Notes under the pieces: generated by a model
What the model saw: only the letters and a program-made list of their open reading frames with translations
The model's database searches: none
What the model was told of the DNA's origin: nothing
Program-made: the position numbers and the translations under genes
Assembly (NCBI GenBank): GCA_018303625.1
Contig: JAGVXV010000016.1
Location: 7,317-71,316 of the forward strand
Direction of reading: 5' to 3'
DNA: 64,000 nt
Source of the DNA: Candidatus Woesearchaeota archaeon
GTDB lineage: Archaea > Nanobdellota > Nanobdellia > Woesearchaeales > GW2011-AR4
Shown here: piece after piece, positions 17,536-26,296 of the stretch
Numbering within the stretch: position 1 is the stretch's first letter
Layout of the letters: every line of letters starts with the position of its first letter

Positions 17536-17680
17536 AAACTATCAACCCCTTTTTTGATTCTTTATATTATTTAATGATTTTATATAAATATTTCTATTTT
17601 GCCTTATATGTTATTATGTTGTTACTTGTTTATAGTAAAAAATAGAAAGATTTATAAATCCCTGATTAATCTGTTTCCAC

Positions 17681-18310
17681 GTGGACCAGGGGGGATTAGA
17701 AGGAGGATTAGGAAAAGATGTTCTTTCAAAAGTAGATAGCATTGACTCTTTGTTCGGTGCCTTAAGATTAAAAAAAATGGTATGGTGGAACAACCTTGAT
17801 TCGGAGGATAGTATAGGGGTTCTAATTCCATCCGACATGTATGAAGAAATATTAGATGAAGTAAATAGGAATTTACTTCAACAGATAGGTGACCCTCATA
17901 GAAGATATGGGGTAGAAACTCACATACCTTATATAGAAAGGGGTATTCTCATGTCTTTGACTTATTTTGGAAGAGATAAAAATTTTTTTGAAAGTCTTAG
18001 GAAAAAAATTGGCATTCCTGCGAGAAATAAAAACAGGTTTGATTATTTTAATGTTGATATTCTTGATAGAAACCACATTAATTCAAGTAGGGTTTATGAT
18101 GAGAGGAATATCCCCAGGAAAAAAAATCCTACACCAATAAGATTTTGGGGAATGTTTGGCGACTCTTCAGGCGAAACGTTCAAGGAAGATTATTGCCTTT
18201 TAAGGGTCCAGATAAAACAAAAAACAAAATTAGGCATTGATATGTTAGAAAGGTTCATTGATGCGTTAAACAATGTCTATAACACTAAAAGAGTATCATA
18301 CTCTGGCTAA
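17681..18310 (+). CDS. Hypothetical protein (209 aa)
   Basis: TATA-like tttataaatc upstream; no family recognised. Confidence 0.4.
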   Translation: MDQGGLEGGLGKDVLSKVDSIDSLFGALRLKKMVWWNNLDSEDSIGVLIPSDMYEEILDEVNRNLLQQIGDPHRRYGVETHIPYIERGILMSLTYFGRDKNFFESLRKKIGIPARNKNRFDYFNVDILDRNHINSSRVYDERNIPRKKNPTPIRFWGMFGDSSGETFKEDYCLLRVQIKQKTKLGIDMLERFIDALNNVYNTKRVSYSG

Positions 18311-19653
18311 ATACCCGGCAATTTGCCCTTAAACTTTCTCATTATCTTATTAATATCCCCGCCAGAGCCTTTCATCATTTTAACAAGCTTTTTGCCCATC
18401 CTATACTGTTTTACCAAGTCGCGAATGTCTTTTGCATTAATGCCAGAGCCTTTGCTTATCCTGTCTATCCTTTCAGAGCTTATTAGTTCAGGATCTTCAA
18501 GCTCTTCCTTCGTCATTGAATCCATGGCAAATTTCCATTTTTCCAGCTTTCCTTCCTGGACATTCAAAACTTCTTTTGGCAGCTGCATCTGTGAAAAGCC
18601 GGGAATCATCTCGATGATTTTATTCAAGGGACCCATTTTTTTCATTGCCTGCATCTGCTCATATAAGTCTATTAAAGTGAAGTCGCCTTTAAGCAGCCTT
18701 TTGCTCAAGTCCTCTGCCTCCTCAACTTTTATTGCTTCCTTTGCCTTCTCAAGCAATGCTTCCAAATCGCCCATTCCGAGAAGCCTTGAAACAAAGCCTT
18801 TGGGATTGTAGCTTTCCATATCCTCAAGCTTTTCTCCGACACCAATAAATTTTATAGGAGCGCCGGAAACAGCGCATGCAGTCAATGAGCCTCCGCCCCT
18901 TGCAGTTCCGTCCATCTTTGTTACAATAATCCCTGTTATGTTGCAGCTTTTATGAAATTGCTCAGCCTGCTTTTGCGCTGCCTGCCCAATATCCGCAGAT
19001 ATAACAAGCAGGTTTTCATGCGCCTTTATCTTTTCACTTACCTTTTCAATTTCCTCAATCAAATCCTTGGATAAAGCATCTCTTCCTGCTGTATCGATTA
19101 TAAGAACATCAAAATTTTTGTATCGGTCCTTGAATTCATCATAAATTTTCAGCGGGTTTTTTTCTTTTTTATCGAGAAAACATGGAACATTTGCCTGCTT
19201 TGCAACCTGCTCGAGCTGCTCCATTGCAGCAGGCCTGTGTATATCCAATCCGATTAAAGCAGCTTTAAAGCCCCTTTTTGCAAAGTACCTTGCTAATTTT
19301 CCTGCTGTAGTTGTTTTTCCGCTTCCAAACAAGCCGACAAGCATAATTTTAAAAGGCTTTTCCCTGACTTCAATTTTTGACTGCTCTTTCCCAAGGAAAT
19401 TGACAAGCTCATCGTAAACAACATTGATTAAATGCTCTTTTTTTGTCAGCCCTTTTGGCGTTTCCTCTTTCTTGATTCTGTCTTTTATCTTGTTTGTAAG
19501 GTCAAATACTAATTGCACATTAACATCTGCCTGCAATAAAGCTCTTTGTATGTCCTTAACCAATTCATTGAGCAGCTTTTCATCTACAAAAATGCTTTTG
19601 GCTATTTTCTGCAGTGTGTTTTTCAATGATGTGCCCAGTTTTTCAAGTACCAT
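18307..19653 (-). CDS. srp54: Signal recognition particle protein SRP54
   Basis: NG domain LVGLFGSGKTTTAGKLA, DTAGR; M-domain Met-rich C-terminus; 448 aa. Confidence 0.9.
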   Translation of the reverse strand: MVLEKLGTSLKNTLQKIAKSIFVDEKLLNELVKDIQRALLQADVNVQLVFDLTNKIKDRIKKEETPKGLTKKEHLINVVYDELVNFLGKEQSKIEVREKPFKIMLVGLFGSGKTTTAGKLARYFAKRGFKAALIGLDIHRPAAMEQLEQVAKQANVPCFLDKKEKNPLKIYDEFKDRYKNFDVLIIDTAGRDALSKDLIEEIEKVSEKIKAHENLLVISADIGQAAQKQAEQFHKSCNITGIIVTKMDGTARGGGSLTACAVSGAPIKFIGVGEKLEDMESYNPKGFVSRLLGMGDLEALLEKAKEAIKVEEAEDLSKRLLKGDFTLIDLYEQMQAMKKMGPLNKIIEMIPGFSQMQLPKEVLNVQEGKLEKWKFAMDSMTKEELEDPELISSERIDRISKGSGINAKDIRDLVKQYRMGKKLVKMMKGSGGDINKIMRKFKGKLPGI

Positions 19654-19695
19654 ATTAAAGAAAAGAAGTTGTTTTTGGTTTAAAAATGTTTGGGG

Positions 19696-21156
19696 TTAAA
19701 CTTTTGCTTTATTCGCCAATGACCTAAAAACAGTTTCATATTCCCTTGCAATTTGGAATAAATTATATTGCCTAGTTCCGTTTATTTCGCCATAAGATAT
19801 GCGACCTTCTGAAATTTTTTTGCCAAATTCCGTTTTTTTGAATTGTTCCCCCAACAATTCCGTAACTTCTTTAGCGGATATGAAGGGGCCATATTGGTCA
19901 ATAAAAGGTTTTGCTAAAACACTGATTCGTTGCACATGCTCATCAGTCATCATTATAATATCCAATGTCCCTGGTGGAAAAACATGTTTGCCTTTGTAAA
20001 GCAATGGCAGGATTCGTGCCGAACTTAATACACCCACTACATGCCCTCTATCGTATGAATCAATAACTCCCGCCAACTCTTGTTTAAGTGCACCTTCAGG
20101 AATGTAAGCTCTTGCCAAGTATAAGCGCTCAACATCAGATGAGTTTAACCTTACATTGCTTCTTCCTTTAGTTAAATCCCCTACATGCCTAATCTTTGAT
20201 GCATCCTCATGAGGTTCGGCACAATCCTTTATTAACCCGAAATCAGTATGGATATTTAATCCATCAACTGCAGATATTCTGACATAACCTTCATCCAATG
20301 CCAAGGGACTTTCTTTATATTGAGGGACTGCAACTCCAGTTTGAGCAGCCTTACCTTCGGCAGGGACAGTATAATCCCCACGCTTATCCAAATCTTCTTT
20401 ACTTAATCTCTCCCACAGCGTATCATAAAATCTTGCTGCTTCTCCCTTTCTTAAGTATATTTCACTTGCGTTTTCAGTAAATCTCAATAGCTTTCTTTTA
20501 TCTGCAAGTTCCTGTATAAGCTCTATACTTACAAATAAAAGTGATGCAAAATCCCCATAAGACATTTTTGACCTGCCATCAGGTCTGAAGTGATATCTTA
20601 TAATCTGGCTTCCCAGAATTTTGCCTCCCTTTTCTATCCTCATTTGTTTATTATTGTATAGGATGTTATTCAGGTTGCTCGGAGTTAAATCAAATATCTT
20701 CATTACCTCTGTTTTTGAGTAGAGCTTTTCTTCAGAAATGGTTATTCCGTGAAGATTAATTCTCTTGCGTCTTTGCCTATGGTAATTTTCAGCTATGATG
20801 CCTATAAGTTGCTCATTAGTAAGCCTTTCAAATTCTTTAATATCCCCTATTCCTAAAATTCCATTTTGGGTTATGTATGCTGATGTATGTCCAAGCCTGT
20901 CTGCTCCATCTATGGTTGCTTTTTCTTTAAGGGGAGTTGCACCTCCTACTGCTAAATCAATAGAGTGTCCTTGGGTGGCTGCCTCCTCATGCCCGTCAAG
21001 AATAATACCCAAAGTTTCATAAAAAGCTTGAAAAGAAGTGATAACAGTGCCTAATTGCCCATGGGCTTTCCTTAATAATTCCGAATCAGTTTTTTCCAAT
21101 AGTTTTAGTAATCCGTCTGAATCCAAATTTAAAACCCCCAATCCTATAAAAACCAT
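19696..21156 (-). CDS. Conserved-looking hypothetical protein (486 aa), family not recognised
   Basis: Long intact ORF between srp54 and thrS; no Walker, radical-SAM or aaRS motifs seen. Confidence 0.55.
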   Translation of the reverse strand: MVFIGLGVLNLDSDGLLKLLEKTDSELLRKAHGQLGTVITSFQAFYETLGIILDGHEEAATQGHSIDLAVGGATPLKEKATIDGADRLGHTSAYITQNGILGIGDIKEFERLTNEQLIGIIAENYHRQRRKRINLHGITISEEKLYSKTEVMKIFDLTPSNLNNILYNNKQMRIEKGGKILGSQIIRYHFRPDGRSKMSYGDFASLLFVSIELIQELADKRKLLRFTENASEIYLRKGEAARFYDTLWERLSKEDLDKRGDYTVPAEGKAAQTGVAVPQYKESPLALDEGYVRISAVDGLNIHTDFGLIKDCAEPHEDASKIRHVGDLTKGRSNVRLNSSDVERLYLARAYIPEGALKQELAGVIDSYDRGHVVGVLSSARILPLLYKGKHVFPPGTLDIIMMTDEHVQRISVLAKPFIDQYGPFISAKEVTELLGEQFKKTEFGKKISEGRISYGEINGTRQYNLFQIAREYETVFRSLANKAKV

Positions 21157-21220
21157 ACTCCGAAAGAAATCATATTTAAATATATCTATTTTAAAGTAGT
21201 CTCAATAAAATTTTAGAATT

Positions 21221-23134
21221 TTAAAACTCAATCCTTTCATTCTTCTCCATTATATTCTCATTGATATTTTTGATAAGATCATTTAATTTAACTCCGAAAT
21301 AAACTTTATTATCTAAAGTTCTTACTGCCAAAGTTTTTGTTTTCTCTTCTTTTTCACCCACTGTTATAATCAAAGGAATTTTTTGGGCCTGCGCTTCCCT
21401 CACTTTATATCCTACAGATTCTGTCCTTGCATCTAATTCAACTCTAAGCTCGTTTTTTTCCAATTCTTCTTTTATTTTTTCTGCATAATCTGTAAACCTG
21501 TCGGCAACCGTCAAAATCCTCACTTGAATCGGAGCAAGCCATAATGGAAACCTGCCTGCATAATGCTCGATTAAAATTCCCAAAAACCTTTCAATGCTTC
21601 CGTAAATTGTCCTGTGGATTATTATTGGGGTGTATTTTTTGCTGTCCTCTGCCACATATTTCACATTGAATTTCTGCGGCATCTGGAAATCTACCTGGAC
21701 AGTTGCGCACTGCCATGTCCTTCCAAGGCAATCCCTGATATGAAAATCAATTTTAGGGCCATAAAAGGCTCCTTCTCCGGTGTTTATTTTGTAAGGCAGC
21801 TTCTTTTTCTCCAAAGCATTTTTTAATGCGCTTTCCGCTTTTTCCCATTCCTCAACTCTGCCCATAAATTTCTCAGGCCTTGTTGACAATTCAACAGTGT
21901 ACGTGAAGCCGAAAATTTTGTAGAAATAATCTGTTAGATCTATAACTTTGATAAGCTCGCCTTCCAATTGCTGAGGGGTTATGAAAATATGCGAATCATC
22001 CTGAGTAAAAGCCCTTACGCGAAACAACCCGGATAAAACTCCTGAAAGCTCGTGCCTGTGGTCCATGCCGAATTCCAGCAGCCTTTTCGGCAATTCGCGG
22101 TAAGAATGCAGCTTTTCATTGAAAACAAGAATAGCGCCCGGGCAGTTCATCGGCTTTATTGCAAAATCCTGCTGCTCGACTTTCGTGAAGTACATGTTTT
22201 CCCTGAAATGCTCCCAATGGCCGCTCTGCTCCCAGAGCCTCTTATTCAATATCAAAGGGGTCTGTATTTCCTCATAGCCGTTTTTTGAATGGACTTTTCT
22301 TGAAAAATCCCTCAGGATGTTTATTATCGTCATGCCTTTTGGATGGAAAAAGGTAAATCCCGGGCCTTCCTCATGCAAAGAAAACAGCTCAAGCTGCTTT
22401 CCTATCTTCCTATGGTCCCTTTTTTCAGCTTCCTCAAGCAATTTTAGATAGTCCTGCAGCTGCTTTTTTTCAGGAAAGGAAATGCCATAAACCCTCTGCA
22501 GCTGCTTATTTTTTACGTCACCGCGCCAGTAAGCTCCGGCAATTTTCATTATCTTAAAAGCCTTGATTTTTCCGGTATTCGGAAGGTGAGGACCCCTGCA
22601 AAGGTCAATAAAGCTGCCCTGCTCATAGGCGGAAGTAGGCTCGTTGAAATCATCAATCAGCTCAATTTTATATTTATTGTCCCTGAAGATTTTCTCTGCT
22701 TCCTTTTCGCTCAATTCCAGCCTTTCAACCTTGTAGTCTTTATCCACTATTTCCTGCATCCTTTTCTCTATTTTCCCTATGTCTTCAGGCGTAAAATTAT
22801 GCGAAATGTCAAAATCATAGTAAAAGCCCTCATCAACTGCAGGGCCTATAGTCGGCTTTGCATCAGGAAACAGGTCAGTTACGGCATGAGCCAGTAAATG
22901 AGCTGTTGAATGCCTGAAAATATCCATGCCTTCCCCGTCATTAAAAGTTAGTATCTTTATCTTTGAGTCCTCATTGATTTTGAAGGATAAATCAACTAAT
23001 TTGTCATTTATCTTTGCTGCCAAAGCGTCTTTTGCAAGCCTCTGCCCTATGGATTCAGCTACTTCAAAAGCTGTTACGCCTTTGGCAAATTCTTTTTCCT
23101 TTCCGTCCGGCAGCGTTATTTTGATTTTCGCCAT
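21221..23134 (-). CDS. thrS: Threonyl-tRNA synthetase
   Basis: 637 aa; TGS N-terminus, FRHSTAHLLAHAV, class-II motifs (FRVRAFTQDDSHIF, ELSTRPEKFMG). Confidence 0.9.
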   Translation of the reverse strand: MAKIKITLPDGKEKEFAKGVTAFEVAESIGQRLAKDALAAKINDKLVDLSFKINEDSKIKILTFNDGEGMDIFRHSTAHLLAHAVTDLFPDAKPTIGPAVDEGFYYDFDISHNFTPEDIGKIEKRMQEIVDKDYKVERLELSEKEAEKIFRDNKYKIELIDDFNEPTSAYEQGSFIDLCRGPHLPNTGKIKAFKIMKIAGAYWRGDVKNKQLQRVYGISFPEKKQLQDYLKLLEEAEKRDHRKIGKQLELFSLHEEGPGFTFFHPKGMTIINILRDFSRKVHSKNGYEEIQTPLILNKRLWEQSGHWEHFRENMYFTKVEQQDFAIKPMNCPGAILVFNEKLHSYRELPKRLLEFGMDHRHELSGVLSGLFRVRAFTQDDSHIFITPQQLEGELIKVIDLTDYFYKIFGFTYTVELSTRPEKFMGRVEEWEKAESALKNALEKKKLPYKINTGEGAFYGPKIDFHIRDCLGRTWQCATVQVDFQMPQKFNVKYVAEDSKKYTPIIIHRTIYGSIERFLGILIEHYAGRFPLWLAPIQVRILTVADRFTDYAEKIKEELEKNELRVELDARTESVGYKVREAQAQKIPLIITVGEKEEKTKTLAVRTLDNKVYFGVKLNDLIKNINENIMEKNERIEF

Positions 23135-23522
23135 TTTTGCTTTATTTTTTATTTAGGTTTATAAAATTATTGATTAAAAAATCTGGAGCAAAACAATGAA
23201 ACCCGATTAAGCGGTTGTTGTAGTTGTAGAAGTAGTTGAAAGCAAGGTTAAGTTATAATAAAACAAATTTTTTGCCATAAATCATCTATATTAATTGGTT
23301 GTATTTAAATATTTCTGAAAAATTGGTAGTAGTGCGTAATAGGTTGGTTTGGGCTAAAATAGGCTTTTTGGGGCAATATGGTATGTAGAATTTATTTTTT
23401 CTTCATCAAATATTCTTCTTTATAATTTATCTTAATAAACTTAACCATCTATTTCCTTCCACCTCGAAAACAATACTAGAAAACCAAAAATTTATATAGT
23501 TAAATGGCTAGTTAAGTCTGAT

Positions 23523-23660
23523 ATGGCATCTGAAACAATCACAATTCCAAAGAAAGAATATGAAAGGCTGAAAAAGAAGGAAGAAGTAGATACAGAGCTT
23601 CTCGAAGATATAGCGCACGGGATAAAGGATGTCCTGACAGGAAAGGTAAAAGAAGTTTAA
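23523..23660 (+). CDS. 45-aa ORF convergent with RelE-like gene (4-nt tail-to-tail overlap)
   Basis: MASETITIPKKEYERLKKKEEVDTELLEDIAHGIKDVLTGKVKEV; antitoxin-like composition but wrong orientation for an operon partner. Confidence 0.25.
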   Translation: MASETITIPKKEYERLKKKEEVDTELLEDIAHGIKDVLTGKVKEV

Positions 23661-23971
23661 AGGTTCTTTAGTATTGTTTCCAACTGCTCTTTGTATATGT
23701 CTAGATTAACTTTTATCAAGTCTATAACCTTTTGTTGTGTTTTCTTATCGGTGATTGTTATAAGAAATATAGCCTTATGGGATTCATAAACCAAAAAAAG
23801 CAATCTTTTCCCGTCAAATTTCTTTTCCCTGAAGAAATTGTAGCCGAGCGGCTTTCCATCATAAGGGTTATTCTTTAATTCCTGCTCAATATGCCTGACT
23901 CTCTCCTGCTCATCCATGCTGAGCTTTCTGAGCTTCTTTTCATACCATTCTGTCCTGAATGCCCTAAACAT
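23657..23971 (-). CDS. RelE/ParE-family toxin-like protein
   Basis: ...KKLRKL...IEQELKNNPYDGKPLGYNFFREKKFDGKRLLFLVYESHKAIFLITI matches RelE/ParE core. Confidence 0.55.
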   Translation of the reverse strand: MFRAFRTEWYEKKLRKLSMDEQERVRHIEQELKNNPYDGKPLGYNFFREKKFDGKRLLFLVYESHKAIFLITITDKKTQQKVIDLIKVNLDIYKEQLETILKNL

Positions 23972-24138
23972 CAGATTCTTTAAATCCTTACAGTATAAAA
24001 ATGTTTTTTATTTGTTTATGTTATACCTATAATCGCAACATTTATAAATAATAAATTTAATAATTCTAAAAATATTAATATTTTTTTATATTTTAATATT
24101 TTTATTAAAATTAATAATTTAATACCAAAGAGGAATAA

Positions 24139-24351
24139 ATGAATATTAAATTTATTGGAAAGGCAAAATTAACCCAGCAGGGCCAATTAACTTTGCCGAT
24201 AGAGGCTAGGAATGAATTAAAGATAAGCATAGACACAGAATTATACTGGTATCAGGTTGATAATTACCTAATTGTTGTAAAAGAGCTTATAAGCGAGAAG
24301 GATTTGGAGAATTTGCTTAAAAAACATGGGACAAGGAGATTAAAACAATGA
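24139..24351 (+). CDS. AbrB/MazE/SpoVT-type swapped-hairpin DNA-binding protein
   Basis: GQLTLPIEARNELKI motif; divergent from the RelE-like gene across an AT-rich spacer. Confidence 0.55.
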   Translation: MNIKFIGKAKLTQQGQLTLPIEARNELKISIDTELYWYQVDNYLIVVKELISEKDLENLLKKHGTRRLKQ

Positions 24352-24430
24352 AAACCGACAGAAACAATAAAAAATACCCAATAAAAAATAATTCAAAAAA
24401 ATAAAATAAAAAATCAAAAAAGAGGATGAA

Positions 24431-26296
24431 ATGGCTTTCACGAACACAATAGGGCTTTTTGCACTGCTGAGCCTGATACCCTTCATAATCCTCTACATGA
24501 GGAGGCCGAAGCCCCAGGACAGGATAATTCCTTCATTGATGTTTTTAATCAAAGAGCAGAAGATGTCAAAAAGGTACTCTTTCCTGAGAAGATTCCTCAC
24601 AAACCTGCTGTTTTTTGTCCAATTGCTTATATTTATTGGATTGTCTTTTGCAGTAGCATCGCCTTTCATAAGGCTGCCTTATGATGTTTCCCTGGAAAAT
24701 ACAGTGATAATCCTTGATGCGAGCGCCTCGATGCAGGCGCAGGAAAATGGAAAGATGAGGTTTGACAATGCAATAAAAGAGGCAAAAAGCACTTTAAGCG
24801 GCAGAAACAGCATAATACTTGCGGAAAGCATACCCTTAATTATTTTGGAGGAAGAGGATGAAGAGGTTGCATTGGACATTTTAGGAAGCCTGGAGCCAAA
24901 GGCTACAGCAACAAACTTAGGCGATGCAATTCTGCTTGCAAGGGACCTGCTGGAAGACAAGCCAGGAAGGATTGTTGTTATAAGCGATTTTGCAAATGTC
25001 AATATAGCAGACCTGCTCGTTGTAAAAAGGGCCACTGAAACCGATGAAAGGATTGTCAATTTTGTGGATGTTTCAAACAAAGCAGGAAATGTAGGGATAA
25101 TAAACATGGAAGTAAGAAAGCACTCTATAAAGGCTTATATTAAAAACTTTAACGACGAGGAAAAGACAGTGAAGCTGAAATTAACGCAGGGAAAAGAGGT
25201 TTTGGCTGAATCAGGGAAAATAAAGATACTGCCGAATTCCGTTGAAAGCTTTATTTTTGATGACACTCCTACCGGAATAAGCGCAATAGAGATAGAGCCA
25301 AAGGACAATTTCCCGGTAGACGACATCGCTTATATAAGCGCCCCCTTAAAGAAGCAGGTGAATGTGCTATTGATAACAAACAGGAAAAACACAAATCTGG
25401 AAACCGCTTTAAGGGCTTCCAGGGATATTGCGCTGAATGTCGTCAATCCGCCCGTGCTTACAATCAATACAGAAGGGGATAAAGTAGAGCCGTATAAGCA
25501 TGATGTCATTATTGTGCATGAGGTAAACAATGTAAACAAAAGGGACGGCATTTTGCCAGGCACTTTCCAGGACTTGTCAAGCTATGCGAAAAACGGGGGC
25601 AATTTAATCATTACAGCGCAAAATGACCTTGAAGAGATTAACCTGCATGATGCAAAGGTCGTAAACATAAAAAACAGGGTGGAGGATGCAAGAAAGGTTT
25701 GCCTTGATGTTGTTAATCAGCTTACCAAGCAGTTTGGAAACGAGCCATGCTTTGCAACAATAGGGAGGTATTTTAATGCAGAGGCTGCTGTAGGCACATT
25801 GACAATTGCGTCCATTGACAAGATTCCAATTTTGGCCTTAAAAGGGCTGCAGAAGGGCAAAGTATTTTACTACGGGCTTATTGACGATGCAAGCGATTTT
25901 GAAACTTTGCCTTCCTACCCTATTTTCTGGAATGAGCTTATAAATTTCATGGCGGAAATCGAGGACATAAGGGACTTTAACTTTAAAACAGGAAGGGTGA
26001 TAACGGTAAATGAGCAAAAGGTAAAAACACCATCGTCAACACTGACAACATCAAAAATAATTTTTGATGAAGCCGGGATTTATGAATACGGCGGCAAGAA
26101 ATTTGCAGCCAATCTCTTGGATGAAAAGGAATCCGGCATAAACGTGAAAGGCATTTTGGAAAAGGAAAAGGCAGCCGATATCCTGGAGGAAGAAGGAAGG
26201 GAAAGAAACTTCAGCCTTGATGTGCTGCTGCTCTCAATGGTGTTTTTGCTGATGTGCTTTGAGGTATTTTACATAAAAAGGAGAGGTGACTTGTAA
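24431..26296 (+). CDS. BatA-like membrane protein with vWA domain
   Basis: N-terminal TM pair plus VIILDASASM (MIDAS D-x-S-x-S); 621 aa; C-terminal TM. Confidence 0.7.
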   Translation: MAFTNTIGLFALLSLIPFIILYMRRPKPQDRIIPSLMFLIKEQKMSKRYSFLRRFLTNLLFFVQLLIFIGLSFAVASPFIRLPYDVSLENTVIILDASASMQAQENGKMRFDNAIKEAKSTLSGRNSIILAESIPLIILEEEDEEVALDILGSLEPKATATNLGDAILLARDLLEDKPGRIVVISDFANVNIADLLVVKRATETDERIVNFVDVSNKAGNVGIINMEVRKHSIKAYIKNFNDEEKTVKLKLTQGKEVLAESGKIKILPNSVESFIFDDTPTGISAIEIEPKDNFPVDDIAYISAPLKKQVNVLLITNRKNTNLETALRASRDIALNVVNPPVLTINTEGDKVEPYKHDVIIVHEVNNVNKRDGILPGTFQDLSSYAKNGGNLIITAQNDLEEINLHDAKVVNIKNRVEDARKVCLDVVNQLTKQFGNEPCFATIGRYFNAEAAVGTLTIASIDKIPILALKGLQKGKVFYYGLIDDASDFETLPSYPIFWNELINFMAEIEDIRDFNFKTGRVITVNEQKVKTPSSTLTTSKIIFDEAGIYEYGGKKFAANLLDEKESGINVKGILEKEKAADILEEEGRERNFSLDVLLLSMVFLLMCFEVFYIKRRGDL

